Below are positions 25,926 through 38,700 of a DNA stretch of 64,000 bases, one piece after another; the first letter of the stretch is position 1; every line of letters begins with the position of its first letter. A program made the translations under genes and the position numbers. Under the pieces are notes generated by a model. The model had not been told where the DNA came from and did not search any database. It saw only the letters and a list, made by a program, of their open reading frames with translations. The stretch is taken from contig MNCI01002316.1 of the NCBI GenBank assembly GCA_015680685.1, forward strand, positions 96,468-160,467, written 5' to 3'. The DNA is from Gnetum montanum (taxonomy: Eukaryota; Plantae; Gnetophyta).

Positions 25926-26769
25926 AAGCATGTTTATCATATTCATGTTATTTTATTTATTTAATGTTCAATCCTAATTATAATAATAGGCATAGCTTGT
26001 TATTAGATAAGGATTTGTAAAAAATAGGTTATTAGTTATAGTTTCAATAACACCTTAAAACCCTAACCTTACAATTTTATAAGAATAAGTAATATATTTT
26101 GTGCATCAACATCAAAGCTAGACATAGTATCTTTCTAAGTATTAATGCAAAATATTTCTTACAAGATTATGAAGACACTATAGATGTAACAATATTTTCC
26201 TAACGTTGCGTAGCATCCCAAAGAAATTTTCATAGATACAATGGATCTAGGATAGCAAATCTCAGGACTACTCCTCTAAGCAAGCAATGCATTCACTTTA
26301 CCATCAAGAACATGCAACATAATTGAGTCCCTATAAGTTACATATACATCTCTAAGAGAACGTCTATGACTTGAAATGAGGACAAGTAAGCAAGTAAACA
26401 CATAACTGCATGGACATCATTAGTGGAAAACAATGATGTGTGTTTAGGTAGTGCCTCATCATCATACCCCTCACAATATGAAACAAGGTTTGACATGGGG
26501 CCATACTTAAACTAACCAATCCAAGTTAACCTACATATTTGTAGTTGTTGTAGAATCAAGTCCTATGTAGTTTTCCAGTATAGAGGAATGATGAGGGAGA
26601 TAGAGAGTGGGGAACAAAGTGGTGCCATATTGTTCCTTGGAACTGCCAAGTTGAAGTGATTTTCCTAATACTTGAGTACCACAAACAAATAATCTAGAGT
26701 GCTTCATGGTTCCCAAATGATGAGAAGGAACTAGGAGAACCACTTACCTTAAGGCCTTCTTCATAATTC

Positions 26770-28760
26770 TCCTTTGCACAAAAGAAGTAATGACCTCGAA
26801 GTGGATCCTAGGATAAGCTTTGAGAGTACATTTTTTGATCAGGTTTGAACTCCATCAAATCTAAGAAGTGACCTAGATTGAATAATGTCATTCTCAAAGG
26901 AAGGTACAAACCTCGAAAACATGTTATGTTCCACAAACTAAGGCATTGCATAAATTATGAAGATCACTTGATGAAGCCAAAAAATGTTCCTACTCCATGA
27001 CAATAGGAATAAGGTTAACCCATAGGACAAACATCACTAATGCATTCGTTAGGTTCACTCCTCATTGGGTCAAAGAAACTGTCCTATCACATAGTTCCAT
27101 ACCTAGGCAAAGAACAAGTTCAACCAAGGCCCTTCGAATGGATGCTTAATGTCCATCAATGAAATTCTTTTTTAATTAATTTGATTTTTTTCTAGAATTT
27201 ATTTTTAGTTCTTGTAATGGACTTGTGAGACCTCATTCAAAAAGAGCATGGTTGATGTAAGCAATGCCTTCATAACTAAACCCAAAATTTGTCAAAACCC
27301 TAGATTCCATGTCTAGTCTTGAGACTAATAAATATTTCTAGTCCAGTCAAAGAATCACTAGATAACCAAGTTCATACCAAACTCACTATTTTGAGATCAT
27401 AAGTCCATGCTAGTAGGAGGAAAGTAATACAAAGTTCTTCTCCCACATAAGGTCCATAGGTAGATTCACTGTTTAAATCTTGCAATCATAGACAAAAATT
27501 CCATTGTGAAAAGACACATTCACATTTGTTTTAATAGAGAAGGTCAAATTTACTTGGAAAACTTCATCAAGATGCAACCCAAACATCTCATACATTCACT
27601 ACCATCTGAAAATATTAGAACTTCTTAACATAGAGTTTAACTACTCAAATGCTAAAGCAAATTGAGGATGACTAGGAGATTGGCCTTGGGATGGTTCTCA
27701 TGTCAAACCATTAATCATAGCAACTACACCCAACAAAAGGAATAGTAGTTGAAGTCTATTGATAATATTTGATTTACCTTCCATAGGAAATGGAGCAACC
27801 ACTATTCATTACTAACAATTTTAGAATAAAGGAAAGCACTTAGTAAGCTTCCATAGGATAGGTCTCTGCCACAAAATTTAGAGAACATCTGAGTCCCTAA
27901 AATTTACAACTATTATCATGACTGGAACAAATGAACAACAAAATTGATCACCAAGGAAGTGTGTTATCATTAAATTGAAAGAAGGATTTAACAAATTTTC
28001 ATTATGAGGTTTCTTCCCAAAGTGAGTCCACCATCGAATCTACATCATATCCTTTTTACATGCCAAGGAAAGGCCACTAAGCCAACATTGCCACACTACA
28101 TAATAACTTTATATTATGGGAAAACAAGGATTGAAAGGTCTTACCCATCATCTAGTCTAACTTTAAGGATCAAAAGTGATGTGTTGATATGTCCTTCTTT
28201 AAGGTTACCATGAGGAAAATTTAGATTGCTTCAATTATCAAGCCTTGCTTTCTAGATTTCGCAATATATTGCATGAGCACCCAGTCATCTGAGACAGACA
28301 AGGCCTTAATTCTATTTATTCTATTCTATAGCATGAAACATAAATTTCAAATGTCAATTGCTACCAATCAACCATTGGAAGGACTAGGTCCTTAATGGAT
28401 TTAGGTAGAACATTGAAAGAAGGGTAACTTAGATAAATTTACTAGTGATTGACTTCTGTCATTGGTCCTTAAAAGGATTGAGATAAGAGAGGACCATCAA
28501 AGAAGCTGAAAGGACCATTTGGAGGAGTCCATTTGAAGTGATGAAACCAAGAGAGATTTTAATGGATCACACATTGCTTAAGAATCACAACAACATCAAG
28601 ATTGCTTCGACAACTACTTCTGTAAGGGATTTATGCATTTGAAACCTCTTAGTGCATCCTATCTCTATTATAAGTTCTATGAGTAATCTAATGTTCAAAG
28701 TAAGCACAACCATTTTTTTTTTCATTCAAAACATCAAAGAGAAAATTTTTATACAAACTA
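26770..28760 (-). mobile_element. Degenerate L1 ORF1/endonuclease remnant
   Basis: Minus-strand traces of ORF1 (KWTP near 28530, zinc-knuckle-like CGNVG near 28090) and endonuclease (YGP near 27440, SD-H-like near 26965, FEN near 26900). Heavily decayed. Confidence 0.5.
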
Positions 28761-31700
28761 GATTGGACAAAACTTATCAACAACTAAGGGATCTATGTAT
28801 GAAGAGAGTAGGCCCTACTAATAGACCAAAGAAACAACTATCAAAGTGAGTCACTATTAATTCTATCAAAGCACAATGGATGAGAGAAACTACATTAAGA
28901 TATTTAGCACATTTAAGAGAGGAGGAACCATACAGCTCAAACAAATTTTGAGCCATGAGTCCCAATTCATGAGGATCTTTGCTTAGGGAAGAATTTGATT
29001 CCAATGAGGAGAACATCCAAGAAGGGCCACTAAGAGAGGCCAACATAATGGAAATCTTTGGCAAAATTTTTGTAAGTATGGATCATAGTTTCACAGTTTA
29101 GAACACTACCCCAAGACCACATCCATCCAAAGGAGAAGCCTAACTATCAAAACTCAAGGCTTAAATATGAATCAAGGTCAACCAAGAAACCAACATTTAA
29201 GAACCTTCCAAAAACTTTGTCTTTGTACTTTGGTGATTTGAATTACAAACATGAGGAATACATCTATTGTTGTTTTATTTTGATGTAACAACAAATTAAA
29301 ACTCTGCCAAGAACAACCACTACTCAAATATATAATAGATAAATGTTAAAACATGGAACCCTCAAAGGAGAGTCTAAGATCATATCACACCATATCAAAA
29401 CATGTAACTATCACCTAAGAAAGCATACCACTAAGTTTTCAGAACACCACAACCAAGAACATGCCACAACCTCCAAAATATAGATCTAATAACCTATTAA
29501 AACAAGCCAAAGAGCTCTTAGAGATCTCATTTTACAAGGTAGAAACCAACTACATTGAAATAAGGAGAGTTGTCTATAGAAGATTCTAGGTGTATGTAAA
29601 ACATTGTTCATAAGACTTGTCCTCATCATAAGGTTTAGTGATGGCCTGCAAGATGGAAAATACAAGAACCAACAATGGAAAACTATTTTTCCTTCATAAT
29701 GAACTATTGATCATAATATTATCACATTAATTTGGTAGAACATACATGAAACAAGGATAATGCTTAGTAGAAATAACATGTAGTAATAGGGAAAACTACC
29801 CAAGCCTAAGAGGTTTGAGGACACACTAGCCAAGTCTGTGCTAAGGCTAAGGCTTTACCCCATCAAGAGTAAAAACAAAACTGCATAACTATGATCTAAA
29901 AACTTGTCTTTAAGCATACACTACCAATTGAAACATTAATACCACTAAAATCTACCATTGGAACCAATAGAACAGAATGAGAACACAACAAAACAAGTGA
30001 TGTTAATGTCCTATTAGAAGATCCATCACCTACCATAGTGGGACCTCAAGGCATTGGCAACACTAGGGCCATTACTATCTAGCAAGACCAAAGATACTAA
30101 TCCATGTCTTTTGTTGACCCAAAATATAAAGTAATTCAAAGTTGATAACAATCCTCTATGAGTGCTCATCCAAGCACTAAGAGGAAAATAAATCATTTTG
30201 CACCAAGTTATTCTAATATAACATGAATGATAACAAATGCAAATCCCAATGTCATGGATTTGAGAGTAGATAATTAATTTATTGTCTCAATAGCACTTAT
30301 CTTTCCTCAAGATATAGTGCTCACAAAAATACCCAAGGCCCCTACTATTATAACATTCCTAAATTTGTGCTACCTACAAGGCCAAGACTACAGCTTGGAA
30401 ACAAAAAGTTAGCAAAGGTCTAATGTAACACACAAGCCATACAATGCATAGAGTTCATCTATACAAGTGCACAAATAGGCAACCAAGATACATCCACGTA
30501 AATGAGCTTTCAATCAATAAATGAAAAAGAACTAGAATACATCAAAATTCTAGAGACCCACAACCATTAAGGACATCCAACAACATAGGCACTTGACCTC
30601 ATCAAGATAAGAGAACCCATAAGATCACAAAAGGGGCAAAGAAGGGGAATTTACTACCTCATTTCACAATAGCAAAGAGGAGATTAAAATATTTAGCAAT
30701 AGGCCTCAACAACAAGAGAGTTCTTAAAATAGGTATATCTAAATTTACAACCAAGGAGATGTGGTCTCTAAAAGAAACCATTTATCATAAGAGACAAGGT
30801 CCTAAGATAGATCAATAATAAGAACAACCTACCTCGTTGAAGTTCTGAAAGTACTAGCTTAAAAAAATGCCTTAAGGTAGATATCATAATTTAAAGAGAT
30901 AAAACCACAAAGCCTAAGGGAAATCACATCCTATGTCAAGGGGAAATGGCAAGATCAAATGATCAACATCAAGGGTAACAGAATTTGAAGCACAAGAGAA
31001 CGTAAAAAACAAGACTATGTTAGGAACTAGTCTAGCAAGAAGCACACGATGTCTTAAGATGCATCCTCAAAACCCAACCTTGCAATGAACCAAAGAGTCA
31101 CATGGAGCCACATCTGACCTACAAAAGTCACAAAAGCTAAACAATAGCAAGCAAGAGCTAAATCAAGAGTGGCACATATGAGAGACTCAAAACACAACTA
31201 AAAGAAAGACACATACACATAAACAAATAAACATACAAATACAAGCACGAATGTAAGTTAGTTTGCCAATGATGATCTTTGTCCATCCAAACCAAGACTC
31301 ATCAAGAGCACATGTTGGAAGGCCCTCCATCCAAAGCTACTAGGCAAAATTATGACCCATGAATATCAAATCCATACTTCACGTATCTATGAAGAACATG
31401 GGAGTGTAAGGATCCTGCACCATATACATCCAATACAACCATCCCACTAATGTTATTTGGGTGAAGAACAAAGCAAAGACAAGGTCCAATTCATCCTAAA
31501 TAAACCATTGAAAACCAAGGATGGAAAGCTCCTTGTATAATATTACATGCATTGCCAATAGAACCTCTGCTAAGCACATTAATGAGTATCCACTACTTGT
31601 CTAAACACTAATGAAATTATAGTAGAGGAAAGCTCAACAAATGTGACCATGCATATACATTGATATGCAATATAGGAAAAACTACAAGCCTCAAAGCAAT

Positions 31701-32710
31701 GGCTTTTATAATAAGGACCTTACTAATAAGATACCCATGGAAGATACAAGAGGTAAAACTCTCATATATTTATATCAAATGTGTTAACTAAATAAAAGGA
31801 CCATAAAATGGAAACCTTATAAACCAAAACTTAAAACCATAACAAATTAGAAGAATGCCACAATCATCGTAATACTTCAAATGACGCTCTAATGTTATCT
31901 ATAACAACATTGCCCCAATATTGTTTGGCACCCCAAGGAATTCCCTTAGATCCAATGGATTTGGAGTAGATGACCGAGGAACTATGCCTCCAAGCAAGTA
32001 ATCCATCCACTTCACAATCAAGAAGAAAACACACAACACAATTGAGTCATTATAAGTTATGTATATGCCTTTAGGAGAACATTTATGACTTCAAACGAGG
32101 ACAAGCAATCAGGCAATCAAAAAATCCTATAAATAACATTGGTGGGAAGCAATGATGTATCTATATGGGGTACATTACCCCCAAACACCTCATGATTTGA
32201 TACAAGGTTTGGTGCAATGATACACCTAAACTATCCAATCTAGGCTAACCTACATATATACAACTAATGCAAAATCAAATCCCATGTAGTTCTCTAGTAT
32301 AAGGGATGGTGAAGGGGATAAAGAGTGGGAAATAGCATGGTGCCCCATCGTTCCTTAGAAACACTAAGCTGAAGTAGTCTTCCTAACACTTGAGTGTGAT
32401 GGATGGACAACTTAAGAGTATTTCATGATCCTTGAAGCATGGGAAGGAATCAAAGGATCTATTGACCTTGAGGCCTTTTTAACAATAGATCTTTTTTTTT
32501 CTTTAAAAAATAGCATTTATAAACACACCCCAAGACATATAGCCAACACGATATTTTAGAAAAATTATAGAGAAACAATAATTAGAATTAAGTTTAGGGA
32601 AGTCAAAATCCAAAAGAACAAATATAAACACACTCTTAGACATATAGCTAGCATGATACTTTAAAAGGATTGTAGACAAATATAATAATACTTCAAATGT
32701 AACTTGAATT

Positions 32711-32865
32711 AACAATGAGGTGTTTATCTAGTGGTAAGACTCTTGATTTGAAAACTTCAAGTCATGGGTTCAATTTTGGTGGACAATGTTAAGTTATAAA
32801 GTTCTAATTAGACTATATATCTTGGGGTGTACTTATATTACAATTATTTCAAGGTTCCAACACCC
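32711..32865 (+). mobile_element. tRNA-derived SINE-like module (same family as 20503)
   Basis: Colinear with 20503-20658 over its full length. Confidence 0.6.
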
Positions 32866-35797
32866 AAATGTAATTCGAATTGGCAACCTCTTGCCTAACA
32901 AGGCCTATCCACCTTTTTATTCTTTGAAAAATCATGTGCAAGTGAAATAACAAATGAGCATAAAATTTCAAGAGATTTTGCTCTATCATGCTTAAGGTAA
33001 TTTTACTTTTAAGGACTATTGTACAAGGCATGGTTATGATATCACAACTTTCCATATAAAAGAATATTTCAACTATTATATTGTAATTTATTATTATTTT
33101 TAATTCATGAATTGCTTTGAAAGAAGATAACTAAGCATAAAATTTCAGGACTATTTTGGTCTATCATGCTTAGGGTAATTTTACTTTTAAAGACTATTCT
33201 ACAAGGCACTATTAGGATGTTACAACTTTCCATATGAAAGAATATTTCAACTATTATATTGTAATCTTGGTTCACGCTCACTATTTTAAAATAAAATATG
33301 GAGCCTAGAAAGATGCACTAAACGTTTTAAAAAGATACCAATCATAAAACTGAATCATCTGTTTAGAAAATGAATTTGAAAGCAATAAAATTGACATTTA
33401 ACATTGCAGCATACTTAAAACAAAATAACCCATAGGGAATAGTGCAATGTGCTTATAGGCAATAACGACAGTCAAAGGAATCAGCAATATAAAATACTAC
33501 CACTCCATGCAAGACTATTTTTTCAACTGTTCATTTTCACGTCAAAACTTGTGTAACCAATACAGAAATTCCAAAAAGAAGCCACAATGAATACTGGAAT
33601 ACCAATGCATCAAGTAATTGCGGAAAGTGATGGTGAAAACAATTGAACATGGTGCAAAGGCACAGGTTGCACGGGGTAGAAGAGAGTTGTTCATATTCTA
33701 CGCGGTAAAAGACCTGATTATTGACCAGCCACATCAGTGGCCATGTGTTTTGTTTTTTACATTGGATATTTTGATCGGCTTTCTGGCTTAAGGGTATTTT
33801 ATTTTTGTATGGTCAAACTTAGCTGTTTTGCTCAAGACCTCTTATTCCAATTTTGCAACCTTTTGTTATGTTTAATTTACAATCTTTTGACTCTTTTCTC
33901 AAAAATTTCAGTTAGAAAGGAACTTTTATTCCACAAAAATAGGGGCTGAGACAAGAATCACATGGCTGGCTTTACTTTTTCTGTCTCTGATTGAATCTTC
34001 GTGCTTCTATTATATTTTTGCTCCAACTACTTCCAGTGAAATTATTCATTACCTTTCTAGTTGATGGTCGGTTTATCTTTTGGTGCAGCTGGTACATTTC
34101 AGCAGACGCTTAAAACATTTACATGCAGTCATAAAATGCTAATGGCTTACACACAAATACATAGGCATTGTGGTTTACACGCAAATACATAGGTATTGTA
34201 GAAAAGATATGCTGAAAAAATATGGGTTCAAGGAATCGTTCAAAGAAATCAATAAGAATATCATTTAGAATCAAGGGTATCAAATATTTAGCCTTTGAAA
34301 AAAGAAATAATCTTCACAATTATGAAAGATGAATTAAAATTTTAAATGAAAAAAAATCTAGATAATATATTATTTTAAAAGCTTAACTAAAATGTGTTTT
34401 AAGATACCATGTTCATTGTTTGGCATTAATAATTTGACCAATCTCAAATTCTCCTTTGCTAAGAATTATGAATTAAAAAAATTAAAACTATCATCATTTA
34501 AGAATATGTAAAGATGCAACAAAACATTATCATTAATTACTAATTTTGTAATGCAATCTCTAATTTATACCTTTTTCATACAAACATTTTAAAGTAGAAG
34601 TTATGGAATAGTTAACACTATCATAAATTAACATTACTTGGTATAAAACCATGTATATAGACTGTCAGTATGTTAGCAATTAAGATGAAATATTATATTT
34701 ATTTCAAATAGATTAACTTATAATGTTATTAACTAATCAATTATTTTGATAGATAACTTAAAAGGAAAACAGTTCTTATAAATTTTATTATTACAAATTT
34801 AGGTTCATATGTATTTTAATTTAATAGTCATTCTTGAGTCTAAGTTGTAAACAGTGACTACATCTAATTTTTTATTAGTAAAACCATAAGGCATTATTGA
34901 AACAAAAACTATCTTATATGAAGATAAAACACAATATTATGATAGAACTCACATGTTGTACGACAGACTTAACATCTTAATGGTATAAACATGAATTCAA
35001 GAATGAATATCACAATATTTTTTGTTTTCTGTGAAGCCCAAGTATAAGTATTAACTAAAACCTGTATATATTTTTTCTGCATGTTAGTAATGAAAATCAA
35101 TAAAAAAAGTAGAATGAATTTAATTCATTTATTTTCTTATTTTTTAATCCTTTTTGTTATCTGTATCAAAGATTTTTCCAATTTTTTTTATATGATTCCT
35201 CAGAGCATTTATAATCCAATACAATGTTTTTAATTAGGCTTGGTATCTATTTTCTTTATTGTTAACAAAATCTCTGAATATTTTGGAATATTAAATAACT
35301 TGTACATCGGCAACCCTATTTTGCTGGGAGAAAGCTCAAATGATGATGAAATAACTTGTGGCCAAGTAAAAAATACATTTCTACGGAAATATGATTTGAT
35401 TTCTAGAATTTGCAACGTTTTACAGTAGAAAAGGAGCACTGCAAATTATGCAACAATGTTATTTCCAGTCTTTCTGCCTTGCCTTTGCATAGCAAAATTC
35501 AATATTATGCCAACCGCCAGTAGAAGGGACATGCTGGAATGAGAATAATTTTTATAGCTTGAAGATGCCAATTCTGTGACTCGAAAACATACAGATAATC
35601 ACACATTTCTACATCTTTTACGAGAATCAGTTGTACATACAACTGGCAATTTAACCAGTACGCTTGATGTTCAAAATCAGTTGAGCATTTATGCCACATG
35701 ATAATGATTCCATAAAAAGAACATGGATAAACAATGCACACTGAGATAGCGGAGTAACCGAAAACTGTGCTATGCCATACCCGTGGATGTAGTAACT

Positions 35798-38700
35798 CTA
35801 TTCACCTGTAATCTTCAAATATCTTGTGAACATTGCCCATTATCCAGCGCTTCAAGTTCTATGTTATAGGCAAAGTACAATGACAAAATTAAAAAACAAT
35901 TAATTCAACTTAATAAGAGCTGATAAATAAATCCCGACACAAACCTTTGGTCTCTTTTGGACCATCCTTTTTCTTCTTTCTCTTATTCTGCGTCAATGTC
36001 CCAGAATTTGATGAAGTAAATATGGAATTATACTTTTCCAATACATTTTCCTTCTCTTTCTCTAATCCCAGCAATCTGTAAGCTTCTGCAACTTTCTCAA
36101 CGAGGGCCTTGTTTGGGGGTTTCCTATTGAACATCTCAAGGTTCCGAAAAGTCTGTGGATACACAATAAAGAAGATCCATTAGCATAATTCATGTTATAT
36201 GCATGCATCTAATGCTCAAGGTTCCGAAAAGTCTGTGGATACACAATAAAGAAGATCCATTAGCATAATTCATGTTATATGCATGCATCTATGCATTAGA
36301 GGGGACAAATTTCTAAACAAGAAAGACTATTATAAAACAATTTTGGGATATACAAAAAAAAAATTAAAAAACTAGATCAAAAAACAGTCTGTTAACATTT
36401 ATATTGCTTATTTTGTAATCCAGAAAAATAAACATATTGATAACTCCTAAACAAAGGACAAACGAAGTTGCTAGTAACATTGCTCGGTCAATGAAGGCTA
36501 AATACATGACAACTAAAGATTTTACAATATTGTTGAAACTTAGAGGTCCCAGTTTTTCACGTATTAAGCGTTGGCATCCAATGGAGTATGGCTTGCTTCC
36601 AGATAACTATAATTGGCTTGCCTCCAGTTTCAAGGTGTAAAAATATATGGTGAACATTCTCTCACAGATGAACGAATCCATGAATACATATTACAACGAA
36701 TTCAATCACTTGGTGTATAATCTGTGAAATATGATTTGCTTCCAGATAACTATCATTAGCTGTTGCATAAATTTCTCATGGTCTATTACAAGTCGTCATT
36801 TTGCTTGTATTACTGTAGCTCACTCATCATTTAGTTATTACGACAATCATTTGTTGTGAATTGACATGAATTTTCATTACGGCTCAACACATCCCACCTT
36901 CCACAGAAAAGGCATGATCACAAATAATTGGAAACTAGCCTGGATGGTTTTTTGAATTATTCATTGTTTTCTCTAAAAAACAAGCTGAGGTAGTCTAATA
37001 AATATTTTGCTGTATTTCTTTAATTATTTTCTTGGTTACTATCCACCATGTTTGCTTACTGCTCTGGTTTTCACAGATAACCGTCTGTATGTTTCCATGA
37101 GTGCCACTTTTCAACAGGGCATCAGAGCCCAATGATCCATACCTTATGTATTAAAGAGCTCTTATGGAAAGGTTGCTGCTTGTAGCAGAGAAAAAGGAGT
37201 AGGCCTTAATCATATAGATGGTACAAAACACCTGTAAGGAGTTTCAACTCTCATTCACATGCTTGTTTTAGTCATGCATCATTATTATCATTGTGGTGCC
37301 TTTATCTAAACAAACATATGAGCTAACCAGTTAGGGTAGGTGAACGATCTGACAATGAAATTTCCTATGGCTGGCTGTTTACCTAATGCATATTTTACAT
37401 AACCTCATGTGGCACGTCACAGCATACCCGTTGTATTCAAACCTATAACTTGTATAACAAGAAGCCACCTGCTCTAACCAAGTGAGCTATGCCTTACTGA
37501 CTTGCTTTGTTCATGCATATTTGTCACATTTTCTCTACTTGAGAAGAGGCATCGAAATTAGGCACCACATGAATGATGCTTGGAGATGACAGGCACCAGG
37601 TTGATCATCTGTTTGGCATGATGTTATAAGAGCTAAAAGAATCATTTCATCTCAACGAGACTTATGTATCCAGGGAAACTATGCATACATGTTGGTAGAT
37701 ACAGAAGAATGCTAAGAAAGTTGTATTAAGATCATTATGCTGAATGTTACTAGCACCAAATGGTACTATACTGGCTGCCTAGAGTTCCCAATATTGCAAA
37801 CCTTGGTCCCTAAACGAAAGTGCAAGAGGTCTCCATGGACTTTGAAACAGAGCTACCCTAGACTTGTAAAGAACATGATGCAATCAAGACAACCTTTCTA
37901 AACGCAACCAAGGTTATAGGCATTAGTGGAAAATTTGTTGATGGTGGATGAAACTTGCCACCATAAATTCCCAAAGAAGATCTTGTTGGAACAATTATCT
38001 CTTATTTTTGAAGGAACATTACCTTTCCATAATGATCCAACCACCAGAAAAACGGAAACATATTCTTGGTTGCCATGTGTTAAGGAAGATTGGTCAGGGG
38101 GAAATAATCAAAGCTGGGTTAAGTAGCCTCATGCCTTTGAAGCAATGACCTTCTAGGCATGGTGATTTATTTACAAGAAACACTCCTAATTGTTGGTCAT
38201 GAGAAGCTGAATATCATGTAATGTATTTATTAAAAGGCAACGCACGTATGGGAAATTTGCTCGCTACACCTCGTATTTATTCTCATGTTGATTTGGGAAT
38301 CAAACAACCTTGAATGATTTCATATTTGAAACTGCACAAGGACTTCGCTAACTGCATAGGTTGTACTTAAATAAAAATGTAGTGGCAATAGTAAAAAGCA
38401 TTATCAAAGAATAGTGCAACCATAACAGTACAAAAAGAGAACCAGTATGATATTAGATAATATGACAGCATTGATGATTATGATCATAAAAAATCATACG
38501 GTGCAGTGTTAATAATAATTATCAAAGGAACAGTATAACAATGCAACGTTGATAATTGTGATAAGAGAAACAACATACAACACAGTTTTAACATTTACAT
38601 TTGATCTTGCAAAATCAACAAAATGCAAAACTTCATTGCAAATTTTTTTTGTTGCAAGATAAATATATGCAATTCTATAAACTTTGGTCTTAATTCAACA

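Noticed and set aside
32957-33266. About 130-bp direct repeat, and a 28-bp duplication at 34147-34200
   Set aside because: Real but ordinary local duplications in AT-rich DNA with no functional clue.
33670-33705. GTAGAAGAGAG...TTCTAC, vaguely miR156/529-like
   Set aside because: Only a 6-bp stem; no mature miRNA match or precursor fold.
37420-37493. Possible tRNA gene
   Set aside because: A and B boxes are present, but acceptor and anticodon stems do not pair; treated as a SINE head.
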